From the NCBI GenBank assembly GCA_965637545.1, contig OZ281494.1, positions 12,400,001-12,464,000 on the forward strand: DNA of 64,000 nucleotides, read 5' to 3'. Under the pieces are notes generated by a model that was given only the letters and a program-made list of their open reading frames with translations, did no database searches and was not told the DNA's origin. This document shows positions 38,570-51,466 of this stretch, piece after piece. A program made the translations under genes and the position numbers. The stretch is from Phallusia mammillata. Lineage: Eukaryota. Positions within the stretch are counted from its first letter, which is position 1. Every line of letters starts with the position of its first letter.

Positions 38570-40688
38570 AAATCCAAACTCAAACTTGAAGTTAAATATC
38601 GCTGTAATTAATCTTGCTTTTGTAACAAAAATATGCCTTGATTAATTACACAGTGACAGGATGGTTAAGACATTAAAATCTGCACGATTTTCGTGGTAAC
38701 GCATCCGTTCATCAAACACGAAACCCAAGTGACTGCCAAAAAATAGCCACATCAAATCCTCATGACCTTTCATACCAAAGAATCCCGTGTTGCAAACGAC
38801 ACGACACGCTGGTGAATGCATCAGCAGTACAAAGGTTACTACATAGCCCTGTTCTTCGTTGGTTTCCGCAATTACCTTTTATGTACTTTAACCCCGAAAA
38901 AAGTCCAAGCTGTGACACTTGCGTAAGACCTACATTCTATGCAAAATTAAATATCTAAATCTAATGCGGTTTATAAGCTGCTAAAACTACGAACCACTTT
39001 AAAACTGTTGCAAAAAGAAAAACGATGTAATTGATCGCTATTAAAAAAACCAAAACGACAGTCAACGTTTCGCAGAAGACATAATATAAGTAGCACATCA
39101 CCTTAAATGGGTTTAGTCAGTCATTTTTTACAAGCCATTAGAACTTTGGAAGAAATTTTAGCTTTGAAATATAATTTCGTAGAATTAAAGACAAAAAACA
39201 AACTGTTTCTTAACATATCGTGTAAAACTCTGCTGACTTGGCGGGTTAAGTCCGGAAAATGCAGAAAAATGACTACATGAAATCGTGAAGAACAAATAAA
39301 GATAGGGGACGGATGCAAACCGTTTGTGTTGACTTTTAAGGTAAAACGAGAGCGTTTGATGTCCTTCGCATTTGACACATGTGCAAAAAATGTCATACAT
39401 CGTGCTGGTGCGAAGTTCGCAAGAAAAAAGTCGCACAAAATGCAGCGCATCGATAAAGATCTTCACTTTTTGTAACAGGCTTGTTCAGATGAATAAAAGT
39501 CAAGTTCAGCATTTTGGAATTGTTTTCTCAGTGAAAGCTTCATTTTCCCAGTACGTTCCCAGTATTGTTTTAAAGAATTTGTTTTGTGAAATATTGCTCT
39601 CTATATAATAAAAATAGGTGAACAGTTTAAATATATGAGAGGCGTGTTTAAAGAACAGAGTTTTAATCGTAAGATTTTTTAAAGAACAAATGTTCATTTT
39701 AGGCATTTCTAACCGTTGTATAGTTGCTAACAGAAATATTTAATAAAGGAAGTTATTAAATTTGATTTTGCAGCGTTAAACGTTTTAAAGCAAATGTCTC
39801 TAAAATTGTACGGTATACTCAACATCATTTATCCGTATAAGTAAACAAAACTCTATACTTGGATGACAATGAGGTCTTCATGTGAAGTGCATGTACTCGC
39901 TGGCGAAAGGTGACGGGTTATCGGGTCAGAAATTCTGATTCTGACTCAGAATCACTGCAAAATCATGTTGTTTTGCTATTTTATCGCTGATTCATAAGTC
40001 GTGAATCAAAATTTTAGTGGTAACAAATGCATAACAGTCTTAAGTGCCTAAAGGTTTGCTGATGTCGATTTTGGCTATGTTTATCTTTATTAAAAACTAA
40101 AAACATTTTATTTAACCTTTTTATCGCATTATTAAAAACACGGTCTATTTAAATAAAATGTAGGTAAGGTAAAAATGATAGGAATAAACTAATCTAAACT
40201 ACTTTCTTGATTTTTTTGCAATATACGAAACTAGGTGAAAAACTCTCTCTGGAACTTGCTACGTTTGCGCTAAAAAGGACCCAATGTAAATCTAATTAAA
40301 ATGTAAAAACACAAACTTGTTTCCTGGAACGCAACGACCAATAAGAAATTACCGGGTTAACTTGATTTGCCAAATAAATGTTGATTTAGCGGTTACAAAT
40401 AAGTTTCCGAACCGCGCGTACGGTCTCCACTCACTGCAGAAAACCGCCAATGTTATATTTAGTAGCGATGTCTCTTATTTAACTTTGTACAATGGCGACA
40501 TTTTAACAAAGAGTGTCGATATGTCGATACACCGAATGAAAGGATTGATGTCACTGCAAAATATTTCCATATTTTAGCACATTTCGAAATCTTTTGGTAC
40601 ACAGTTTTGTTTAAACATTGTTATTGTTTTTTGGGCCTATATTATTCTAAAACGTTTTTGGGCCTATATTATTCTAAACCTTTTTTGA
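38570..40688. repeat. Unclassified ~2.1 kb dispersed repeat, copy A
   Basis: Colinear, visibly diverged homology to 61465-63604 (e.g. ctcaaacttgaagttaaa; gacacgaaacccaagtgactgcc; ggcgaaaggtgacgggttatcgggtcagaa; gttaacttgatttgccaaataaatgttga). Confidence 0.85.
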
Positions 40689-41410
40689 ATACCCAGCGTT
40701 TTTAATTGAATAAGAACTCGACTTCCTATGTTTTTTGTTTCTGTAGATTATACTTTAGTACGTACGCGACAGCCCAGGGTGGTGAGGTTGGCATTACATG
40801 CAACTCTAAATGGTCCGAAGCTAGAAACATATATCGTGGAGTCGATTATGATGCAACCGATCGCGGTATGCAGTTTTTCCAGGGTTGGTGGGTTCACCCT
40901 ATCTGGGTCAATGGTGATTATCCAGATCTTATGAAGGTTCGGATATAAACTCAGTTACAATTTCTCACTAACATATTACAGCAAAATACATAAAATACCA
41001 TTATATATTATACAGCAGGATGGGCAACTTAATCAGTTGACTAAAGGTTGTGCGGCCCTCGGGGACGCTTGGATTTCAAAGGTATTGGTAAACGAGTCCA
41101 TCTTTTATAAATTTTTGAGCCGATTAATGCGCTCGGTGCTATTATTCCGCGACCTGGCAATTTGTGGCAATAATCAAATGCGAATTTTACTTGTAGTTAC
41201 ACATGTTTGGTAAGCAACAATTTTTGGCAATTGTATTTGGCCCCACAGCAACAAAGGTTGCCCACCCCTGTTATACAATACGTTGACGCAAAAAGTGCCG
41301 CCCAAGGCGAACCAGAATCCTGGCTTCCGAAGTTCACCGAAACCGAGAAAATCCTCATTAAAGGAGTGCAGATTTCTTCAGATTGAACCATTACACCACC
41401 AACCTCGACG
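40682..41410 (+). pseudogene. Orphan genomic copy of two LPH-like domain-7 exons with flanking intron sequence
   Basis: Matches 30305-30790, including intron sequence (gacttcctatgttttt; cagcaaaatacataaaa). It encodes [23 protein letters not shown]...GDYPDLMK. The second exon is truncated and frameshifted (aaa gga gtg versus aag ggt agt), and its acceptor is split by a MITE. Confidence 0.9.
41016..41270. mobile_element. hAT-type MITE inserted at the splice acceptor of the orphan LPH exon
   Basis: TIRs caggatgggcaac / gttgcccacccctg. 8-bp TSD ttatacag / ttatacaa. Confidence 0.85.
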
Positions 41411-41539
41411 TTAAATATGTATGTGTAAACAAGCATAGAAATATTTTGTTTCTTCTTCCCATTTTTGCAAATAGTTCTGTAAACGAACTATAAATTGTGT
41501 CGAATTTTCGTCTAACTTTGGTTTATCGCCACGGAATTT

Positions 41540-42849
41540 AGACCTGTAACCATACGCGGTTAGATCGTATCTGTTTAAAAGTGCTTTCTTGAGAACATGG
41601 TAGTTGACTGCGTCAGCGTCAGATAATCTCGAGAAAACTTCCAGCGCTCTACCTGTAAGAAGCGCACTGATAGAGGTTGCCCAGTCGTTCCTGTCCCATT
41701 TGTTGCTAGAAGCAAATCGTTCGTACCTGAGAAACTATCGAGCTCATCTTGACCGTCCACAAACGGTGGCAGCTTCGGCACCTTCGCATGAATTGTTGTT
41801 GTGACCTCTTTAGCAGACTTTAACTCCGCAAGTTGTAAATCCATTTTTTAAGCTCCATTCTATGTTCACGTTCAATTTTCGCCTCGACCATTCGCCGTTC
41901 TTCAAGCTTGCGCGCTTCATTAATTTCAAGTTCTCCAAGCTTGCGCGCTTCATTAATTTTAATATCTTCTAGCCTTCTTGCTTCACGTTCGTTTTTACGC
42001 CTCTCTTTGCGTTCGTCGCAATCACGTAACTGCTGGTCATTGACCCACTTCCTGGAATTTGAACGGTGGTCCTTATGACAGCATCTGTTCGGCATCAGAG
42101 GTCGTCTTTGCGCAGATGACTAAATGCCTAAGGCTGCTGTCATCCCTGCGCATCGTCACTGGTTGCCTGCGCCCCACACCAGTCGACCTCCTACCCATTT
42201 TGGCAGGCATCCAGCCGGCTGACCTCCGCCACAAAGGAGCCACCTTGCGTTTAGGACGCCACGCTCTAACGGAACAACATATTCTCCATCACAAGATCAA
42301 AGAGCCGGCCCACCTTAATCAAAGATTAAAATCAAGGAGCCCCTTCGTGCCGGCTGCCGTTAAACTACTCGGCGACAATAACGGCTCAGACGCAACCGAC
42401 TGGGTGACCACTCGATGGAAAATGAGATGGGGAAACACCAGCACCCCACTCCACTACTACTTTCCCGACCCATCAAACAAACCATCAGGGTTCGGCCTGC
42501 CTCGGTGGGCCTGGACCCGCCTGAACAGGCTGAGAACAGGGGTGGGCCGCTATAGATCATCCATGTACAGGTGAGGTCTGGCTACTTCTGCGGTATGTGA
42601 GTGCGGCGTGGAGGGACAGACAGCCGACCACATAATATCACGGTGTCCGCTATTCCGTCCACCAAGTGGAAAGAGCGGTCTGGCGGCCTTGGATGACGAG
42701 ACAGTCCGCTGGTTGCTCGACAACTGCCCCGACATTTGAACGACGATAACATGTCCAACAGAAAGAAGAAGATTGACCCACTTGACCAATGCTTCCCCTG
42801 AAAGTCCCATTGCCTTCCCAGTTTCACTCAAAGCTTGAACTGTTGACAT
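41540..42849 (-). mobile_element. Gypsy LTR-retrotransposon gag remnant (frameshifted, split by a LINE)
   Basis: MSTVQALSETGKAMGLSGEALVKWV (from 42849) rejoins NDQQLRDCDERKERR... after the LINE is removed. It continues through a coiled coil and KVPKLPPFVDGQDELD..., then W...ALLTGRALEVFSRLSDAD..Y..LKKALL.RYDLT in a shifted frame, a typical Gypsy Gag N-terminus. Confidence 0.8.
42051..42771 (+). mobile_element. 5'-truncated non-LTR retrotransposon 3' end (RTEX/I-group-like; clade uncertain)
   Basis: LRIVTGCLRPTP..LLPILAGIQPADLR...LNRLRTGVGR..., CECGVEGQTADHIISRCP (CCHC) and a 3' (AGA)n tail. 12-bp TSD attgacccactt at 42039-42050 and 42772-42783. Confidence 0.9.
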
Positions 42850-43483
42850 TCTTCGTCTGTCGGTATAGAAAAGATTCGTAGTAAGGTTATCCCGGACGAG
42901 CCCCCAGATGTCGCGTTTATAATACGGTGTAATTGTACGCGATTTTGTGAAAAATAACCTTGTGAGCTTTTCTGCTGATACCACGAAGCTGTCAGTCAGT
43001 TTCAATGCATATATTTTCTTAAGCAAGGTCCACACACCACAGTTTCCCAAATAGAATGACTGACGCCACACAAAAAACTGCAAGGTTCAGAACATAACGT
43101 GCGCCTCAGGAAAGACACGGGCAGTCACAGGCATGCTGCCATCAGCCACTTGTGCCGTAACCACGCACTACCAATTTGCGCACACACACAATGTAAATAA
43201 ATTTGTGACATGAACAAACAAAATTAATTTGCTATATATCTCAAAACATATAGGAGTATAAAACAAACAGGAGTATAATATTTGTATCATATAAGTTAAC
43301 TATTAACTGCAGTTTAAATTATCCAGTAAGCCTGGGTTATTGAATTTTATTTTGAACGTTCAACACTGCCATTGTCCAGAAGGTAGCAGTATGGAAAGAT
43401 GGTTGCAGTACTTATATCCAGTGGTGGGATTCAGTCATTTCGTACCGGATCTATAGAACGGTCTCACGGTTGAGCGAGATCGG

Positions 43484-46400
43484 TTACGAGGAGAGCAGAG
43501 TTTTCACAAAGTCCACGCTCCCCTTATTGTTCATTAGTTTCAGCAGCTTCGGACATTTCGACGACTGGCAACTTACAAAGTTCGGGTCACACTCACTATT
43601 TGTGGCTATAATTTCCCTCCCCTTGGCATATGAAGTCGCCAAACGGGCAACTATTCCCATAAACAACACATCAAGCTCATCATCCGTTAGAGGGAAGGCC
43701 TGTAAATAGCCCATCAGCACCTCCTTGGCGACACCAACTGGACATGCGTTAGACGATACCGCTTGCGTCATCATGTAGGCTATACAGACAGCCATATCGA
43801 ATACAATATATCCGTGGTGAGATTCTCCAAAGTCAATGACTCCCAGATCAGAAAGAAGCTGTTCCTCACTAAGACGACTTGTAGTGACTGTTGTGCGATC
43901 AATCAAAAGGATATTGGTGTCACTGTAGTCTCCGTGGACGTGGGCTGTAAAAATGGGATTGAGTTGAGTTTGTTTCGCTTGGAACAGAAAACATAGCGAC
44001 ACATTAGCACTATAACAATCACTAAGACGGAAAGATTTAATTTTAACGATTTTTCATCTGTGACCCACATAAGTTCGAGAGTTGTAAGTCGGGACGGATT
44101 CGGGTTCGGGCTTAGTTTTTTTTAAAACGGGTTTCACTCAGACGGGTTTCATTCAGACCTGACTTAACATTCTGTGTCCGCGATGTTTTGTCAAATATAA
44201 AATACCTAGCTTAGTAGCTAGTTGCTGGATTTAAACTAATGCCTAACAGCCCTAAAACGTCTTATTTAAACTATGGTATATTATTATTCCAGTACCCCCT
44301 CGACTGGTCCCACCAACGTTCCCCCAGTCGTGATATACTCACAGTGAAGCAAACACACTCTTTGGTGAGCTCCTGTCACACAACGCTTCATAGTACGGTG
44401 TAGCTGCAACGCGTTTAATTATGATCTACCAATTGTGCCATTCACTATTTTGTACTTCGTAACGTTTTAACGTTGCGCAGCTATTTCGAGCTTGGTGATT
44501 GTTTAGTATAATTGTGTCGCTATATGTTCTTTCACCAAGCGAAATAATCTCAACTCAACAAAAATGCATGTATTTTTTGTAATAGGCGTGTCAATCAAAC
44601 GGGCTTTTAATAGCCTGGGTTCAGGCAGGGTTTCGGGCTTATACTTTCGTGTTTGGGCCGGGTTCGGGCTCGAATTTTAGAGTCGCTTACAACTCCCTTC
44701 GGGCAATACTCATCGGTTTCAAGTGCTTAACTTACCTTTGCGCAGTTTGGCAAGTTTTGGAGTGACCTGGACTTCAAATTGGTCAATGAATTTTTCGATA
44801 ATGGATCGAAGTTGCATATCTTCGACGAAAAACAGCGTTTCGCGGAGGTCAGAAAAGTTCTCCGTGTACCAGACCGAACATTCCTTGCACTGTGCGCGTT
44901 TGCCAGGACACGTCTGAAGTAGAATTGTGAGTCTCGCTTTTCGGGTCATTTTGGGTCCTGATCAGGCTTAGGATTTTAAACAAAACTGGCCGGAAACGGG
45001 TCCCAATGTAATGTGCGCGTACCCACATTGTTATTTTCTGTGTTTTCTTGCACAACATTTCTTTATCTTATTTATGCACAAAGTTGTATTTCTTATGATT
45101 TTCTACACTTCTTGTTTATGTGTAACTTGTTTTGACAATGTTGTTCATATTTGTTTATATGGTGTTAATATTATCCACGTACACTTTTGTTAATATTAAC
45201 TACGCACACTTTTGTTAATAATTATCACGTACATTTTTGTTCAACTTTATTGTTGGTTGTATTTGCATTTCACTTTTTGTATTGACACGCTCTCATGTAC
45301 CGCTTCATTCACTTCCTTAATCAATTGCTGTCTCGCACCAATGATTTTGACATCGACGTGTCGCGATTGTGCATTGTAATTGAGTGTTCAGATCACGTGA
45401 CTTTGTGACTGCCATGTTTCGTTTTTGTTTTGGGGCAGTTCTCGCTTGGGCCTCGTGTTGTACGCAGTGTTGTGAGTGCGGTGGGAAAACGTGGTAACGT
45501 TGTGATTTTGTGTCGTGTTGCATAGTATTGGAACGTTGAAAGGCGCTTTGTCGTAAACTAATGTTATCGCCTTTGTATATTTTAATAAACTTGTTTTAGT
45601 TGAGGCCCTGTTCGGTGTGACCATCTCAACTTTGGCTTTAGCGGTAAGCCGTTAGTGCGGGGTGACCTGGTTTTTACCAAGTTAGGGGCGGTGATCCCGC
45701 TATAATTGTGGTTAGGGTTGGGTAAGCTTGTTTTATTTGGTAAAAGATAACTATCTCGCCTTTCCCAAAAATCCTAGGCCAAATTCGGGACCACCTAACT
45801 AATTTCGGTTGCACCAATACCAACTTTGCTACATAAGTATTGTGTGTAAGTTGTTTTTCATTTTTTCACGAGTGTTCACATAGGGTGTGTCTGATTTGTT
45901 TCGTCAAGCTGAATAACCTGTAGATCTTTATTCTATACAGGCAAATTTGCTTAAATGATTTATTTGATTAACATTCTATTCAACTCGGGCATGTACTTTA
46001 GGGTTCGAACCCGCTTATACAATCATGTTCTTATGACCAAAGTATCAGGCCTGAAACTATGGACTTGGCAATCTTCTCAGATCAACATTTAAAATCAAAG
46101 ACATTTTAAATAGAACAATTTGCGGCGGTTTTAATTGCATGACTGTTTTTTGCTTTCTGTATCTACACGGATTGTGCAGAAAGCCTGCTCAGTAGACCCT
46201 TTAAAATCGCCACGTCTGTTTGACCAAACCTTGCTCTAACACTTGGTATTCATTCTTACCAAAAGTCGTTTTTGTAACATTCCTCCGTATACCCCCACAT
46301 TCCGAGATACGGTTAATAATTCTTCCGCTGTACAATGTGACTGAAAAATGGTGTTTCCAGGAATATACTTCAACATTACAAACGGAAACGTCGACGTTGT

Positions 46401-46882
46401 GCCATCTTCACAGTCTGTAGACAATAAATTAAACATTACCCCCGAGAAGTTTTGGAAAGAAGTATATCTACTCATTAAAACGTGTTGTTTAAAGATTTTT
46501 ATTTAAGTTTGTACTCATTTCAAGTGTTTGGTAAGTTTCTCCGCTTTGCGTGCGAATTGGATATGGAACTCGAAAACCGCCTTCGCGTAGATGTTGCATC
46601 ATTGAAGTAACCATGTCCTCTACAACAAAAGAGTTTGAATATAACTAAAAACTGGATGAAAGAAGATTCTGCCACGAAACGGACATGTTGGGAGTTATTA
46701 CCAACTTCAACGTCGAAAGCTTCAAGTTTGAATTTAAGAAGAAATTCCTCGTCGTTTTGGCTTTTAATCCATACATTCTTGTCAATGTAACTTGGGTATT
46801 CTTTTATTTTCACCACTTCCAAATTGTATATGGAGTTGGTTATTTTTTGTACAAGTTTTAACGTTAATCTTGGTACGGCCAT
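43484..46882 (-). pseudogene. HYKK: Hydroxylysine kinase / aminoglycoside-phosphotransferase-like gene, apparently disabled
   Basis: Exons 46882-46702 (YPSYIDKN, EFLLK), 46619-46515 (MMQHLREGGFRVP) and 46414-46260 (MLKYIPG) are open. The last exon (~43945-43484) has HGDYSDTN and IDFGE. The intervening exon near 45800-46010 reads GFE.PKVHARVE*NVNQINHL with a frameshift and stops. Confidence 0.7.
44077..44697. mobile_element. MITE-like element in an HYKK intron
   Basis: Terminal inverted repeats gagagttgtaag / cttacaactccc and internal ggttcgggct-type repeats. No clear TSD. Confidence 0.5.
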
Positions 46883-47426
46883 TCTATTTTTTCTTTAAAC
46901 CTGCTTAGTGTTGAATGTCCGGGCCGTTCCTGCGGAAAGATGTGAATCCTAAAATTGTCTGTAGTAATCATATCTCTACCACACAAGACGTTTGATAGGT
47001 TGGTTAGAACTAGAGATGTAGCGAAAACTCGGTTCGCCGAATTTACTTGTCCGAAACGGTCTTTTTCACAAAGATTCGGTTTCGGCCGAATAATTTGTTG
47101 GCATTCGGCCAAAACCGAATCTTTTACGAACAAAAATTGTAAAACGTGTCCTTTCTTATTAACAGGGTACCACGCACTCTTCAAACCATGTCCCAACAAA
47201 AATCTAATTAACATTTGTAAAACACTATCGTTTTTACAACTCGAGACAAAAAGTCAGTAATTAATTGACAATAATGGCCGAGGCAACCTAAAACCCCACA
47301 TATATTACACCATATTAGCTTTCGTAAAATCGTATTTTGCTGAAGTTTGCACCACTTTCAGTCAAACAATCACGGATGAAAAAATTTACGTTACGCTACC
47401 AGAAATAAACTTACGTCCCTATGTTT

Positions 47427-47934
47427 GGCGATACTATAAACAACACGGCTCCATTACTGAATATTTGCGTACAAGCCAAGTTTGCTTAACTGTTTAATTC
47501 TGAGTGTTGAACTCTTTCTTTGTTAATTCAGCTATTCAGTCGGTTGAAGTAATTTGATCGCAAACTAACTTAGGCTACTGCAATCAATGTTACAATTGAA
47601 ACATAGGTTATAACTAACTACGCGACTGTAAAGCAAAACCTATTGAAAGGAATCAAAACACAAGCACAGGAAGTTCATTTCAATTAAAATGCTTCTACGC
47701 TGCAATGTGTAGTCTAGCTGTATGCACCATCGTATCCTGTTCACAGCCGTTTTTCAGATCAAGGCAACTACGTTTTGTCAATAGCTGAAATTACAGTAAA
47801 CAAACCTACTAACTGCCTTACTGTGTTACTTCTACTTGATTTTTCGACACTGTGTAACACAGCATGGCAAAATCATTGCACCTTACTTTTCGCAAAGGAC
47901 TTACACAATAGCCTGCAGCAATAGTGGGACCAAA
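47427..47934. repeat. ~500 bp near-identical direct duplication, copy 1
   Basis: tggcgatactataaacaacacggctcc...agcctgcagcaatagtgggaccaaa recurs at 52331-52834, differing by a few SNPs and a 5-bp indel. Confidence 0.9.
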
Positions 47935-48037
47935 TAAATTGGAATTTTTCTGTAGCAGTTAAAGTAGCGGTTAAATCTTTATGTGATCCTGCGCACGACT
48001 GTGACCGAACTTATTTACCATTATTTTAGCTTTAAAG

Positions 48038-48410
48038 CAGTGGTTCTCAAACTTTTTCATTATTTTTTCAAAACTGCCCCTTTGCCATTATTTCGAGGGA
48101 TCGCGGTCCTTAAGCCTAAATGTGTATTTCAAAAAACGAAAGTTGATTTAGCATAATAATGATCCAAAGACAGCTTGTGACATCACAGACAAGACAAAAA
48201 CACATTACGATTGTGCGCGAACAATTGCATTTTTGTTAGTTGTCATGCAATCGAGGCTATTGTTAGCAATGGAGACAGTCGATTTTCAACTCTACTTTGA
48301 TTTAAACTTATTTACGGGCACAATCTGACGCCAAATAAGATTATAGAATTACTTCAACCTATTCGCGGTCCCCCAAAATTGCCTCACGGACCCCAGTTTG
48401 AGAACCGCTG
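48038..48410. mobile_element. hAT-type MITE (same family as 59343-59766)
   Basis: TIRs cagtggttctcaaac / gtttgagaaccgctg. TSD ctttaaag / ctttagag. Confidence 0.85.
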
Positions 48411-48579
48411 CTTTAGAGAGAAGGCCTGTAAATAGCCCATCAATGCCTCTTTGGCGACACCAAGTGGACATGCGTTAGATCAGGGGTGTCAAACTCATGG
48501 GGCTTCGAGGGCCACATTGCAGTTGGAAATTATGCCAAGGGCCGCATGTGATTTTTAATCTAGTTTTCTCAACTTTAAC

Positions 48580-49057
48580 CAGGGGAGCACAACCTTTTCG
48601 GCTGCATTGCATATCCTTATTTCACCTTGTTTTAAAATTACAGATGTAAAGAAATAGGTTTATATCATATGTATACCATCTATTGACGCCTCAAAAGCCC
48701 AGACTAATTTCCAACTTGATGCGCAGATTGAGCTGCACAGTGTGAAGATCAGTCCTAACTGTTTATGACATCATAATCTATATTGTGATGCCTGTGGTAC
48801 CTGTTTTTTCGCATTGTTTGTACACAATAGGCGCACAAAAGTCTGACGCATATGGCTATTTCGGATGGTAATACTACTCTTTTCAGTACCACAAAATCTG
48901 TTCAGTGCAGTTTGAAAGTCAAAATATTTGGCAAATGAGTTTTATTTACGTCACGGCCGCCAGTACATATAACGTATTTTAATAAACATGTTCATGACCG
49001 CACAAACTCGTCTCTGTGGCCGCATGTGTCCGTGCGGCCGCAAGTTGTGGACCCCTG
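48580..49057. mobile_element. Nested hAT MITE 1
   Basis: TIRs caggggagcacaac / gttgtggacccctg. Decayed TSD actttaac / actgaaac. Confidence 0.7.
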
Positions 49058-49087
49058 ACTGAAACTAAACGCCTTTTTTAGTTAGAG

Positions 49088-49544
49088 CAGGGTTGTCCAA
49101 CACGTGGCACGCGTGCCAAAAGTGTCACGCATCGCATTTGAAAATGGCACTCGAGCTGTTGCACATTTAGATGGTAAACATTAGGATTTGGCATGCAATT
49201 AATTTTGTGTCTATTAATTCTTCTTGGTCTTTATTCTAACTTCAGCAAAGACTACACAACCCACTAACTAAATTGTTCGTTTCTTTACAAAACATAATCC
49301 CCGTTGCAAACTATTTGTATCTTGGGTCGCATAAACGGAGTATCATAAACAAGTTTACTCGCATCTGACGACATATTTTTTTCTAAACATTTAATAGGGT
49401 TCTCTATATTGGCCAAATATTTGTACAGAACCCGTACCGGTAAGACAGTTAAGACATGGTTTGGAAAAAGTACCAAACGTTGGTACGCGAGGATATTTTG
49501 AAACCAAAATTGGCACGACGGTGTGTACGAGTTGGACACCCCTG
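49088..49544. mobile_element. Nested hAT MITE 2
   Basis: TIRs cagggttgtccaac / gttggacacccctg. Perfect TSD agttagag. Confidence 0.9.
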
Positions 49545-50120
49545 AGTTAGAGGAACGGTTTACTATCGTTTCTATTCATAACATATGAATTTTCATTTCT
49601 TTAATAAAGTTCTAGCTGTAAATGTCTGTTTAATGAATAGCTTCAACTTTGAATAGTTAAAACCTAAATACTACATTTTTTGTTGATTGGTTGAGGGCCG
49701 CATTAGAGGGCTTGGTGGGCCGCATGCGGCCCGCGGGCCGCACGTTTGACACCCCTGCGTTAGATCATACGGCTTGCGTCATCATGTAGGGCTTGTAGGC
49801 TATACCGACAAAGTCAATAACTCCCAGATCAGAAAGAAGCTGTCCCTCACTAAGATGAGCTGTTCCTCATTAAGATGACTTGTATTCTATTTGAATAAGG
49901 TAAGCATACGCTTATCTTTGCACTTCATCTAGAATCAAACCAACTTGCATGTGTTTTTGTGCTACCTTTTTTGCATGTTTTTGTTGTGCTAACCTTTAAC
50001 TATCAGGCAGTTTATTTAGTCTTTTGTTGTTCAGTTTAGCGCTTTTGTGGCGCAAAGGCGCTTTCCATTTTTGTTTCGTTTTGTTTTTTGTGTAATTTGC
50101 CTCTAAGGCTTGTCGCGTCC

Positions 50121-51466
50121 CACTAGTGTTCTTTTCTCTGTCTCTTCCACCCTCTTTTGGTTTCTCGCTTTTGCCTCCGCTCCCAAAGCGGCGTCGGAAG
50201 AGGATAGCACAGGAGCGCTCCTTCTCTTTCTAGGCGAGCATGCCTGGACTCCGCTTCTCGACCTAGCGTCTGCGAGCGGCTCTCCGGCTCCTCCCCGATT
50301 TTTTCTTTCACTTATCGCCGTGGGCAATCAACCAACTAAACTGTCGGCTTTTGCTTTTTTGCTTCTTTTTTTGCCTTCGCCGTTCACAGTCACAACGCAC
50401 CTCCACGTCACTTAGTACAAACTCTTAAATTTACAAACACACGTGCACAAACAAGCCACACCCCTGCAAACCCACAAACGTAAAAAGTTTGCCCAAAACT
50501 TAAGTTATAACAAACCAAACAAATCAAAATGTTATCCGATCAAACTCTCGTTAATCTTCTAAATCGCTTTAAATAAAATAACTGTGTAACCCTCACCTTT
50601 TTTGTTTTATTAGTGTTTAAAAACTCTTTCGTAAATCCCCCTTTATTAATCTTTCTTGTTATTGTCAAACGTGCGCTACCCTCCCCTTTCCAAAAATTAA
50701 ATAATGTTCTTACCCCCCATTAAGTCCACTACAAATACATGAACCTGGAACAATACGTAGAAAAGGATAGATTCTTGCATATAACTGTCACCTCAAAAGA
50801 TTATTTTGACATCGTTGACTTCATATCCTTTTTTACACGAAATGAGGTTCTCCATTTTTACGAAAAGCGTTACAAGTTGTTAGATGCGTTAACAGGAGAA
50901 AATCAATTTTTAAGATCACCTTTCGCAACAATACCTATCCAAAATACAGCGAGCTCTACCGTAAACTCTGTAGGGGTCAAACTTTCGAAAGCCACGGAAA
51001 GGAAGAAGTACCTTTACTTGCCGAAAAAACATCAAAATCAATGACAAAACTAACTCTGTACCCGGTCCCTCTTGAGCTAAACAAAAACACTGGATACATA
51101 TCTGCGACTACCCCGAATGGGGAAGGTACTATAAACATACCTTCCTAACCCACAAAAACTTTCCCACACTATGCAATGGGTACATGCACCTTTTCATAGA
51201 GAAAGCAGAACTGGACAATACAATAAGTGAAATTAAAGTTTTTAGTCACAAAATCCAAGTTGTAAAACCTGGCGAGTCTTTTGGGTCACTTTGTCAAACA
51301 TGCAAGACTAGAAGGCACTGGGCAAACCAATACAAAGAAAGACAAATGTCAACTGTGTGAATCCTGTGACCACAAGCTCCCAGACTGTCATTTTGCCTCC
51401 CCAGTTAAAAAAAAACGGACTCAAGCACAAACAAACAGACACAAAAACCAAAAAGCAGGAAAAGAG
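50121..51466 (+). mobile_element. L1/Tx1-like LINE 5' UTR and ORF1 remnant (partial copy)
   Basis: Near-identical to 52844-54027. ORF1-like MNLEQYVEKDR... and CCHC knuckle remnants (C..C...GH; CDHKLPDC). Confidence 0.75.

Larger units (their letters stand above)
48481..49757. mobile_element. Outer non-autonomous hAT element carrying two nested MITEs
   Basis: TIRs caggggtgtcaaac / gtttgacacccctg. Perfect TSD cgttagat. Confidence 0.9.
48411..49885 (-). pseudogene. Duplicated fragment of the HYKK-like last exon, split by a composite hAT element
   Basis: 48411-48480 plus 49758-49885 match 43690-43880 (aaggcctgtaaatagcccatca; ggacatgcgttaga; ctcccagatcagaaagaagctg), with internal deletion and duplication. 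Confidence 0.85.

Noticed and set aside
44720-45700. Possible retrotransposon Gag knuckle (CPGKRAQCKEC) and solo LTR
   Set aside because: Motifs are incomplete and there is no paired LTR or TSD. Probably TE debris, but not classifiable.
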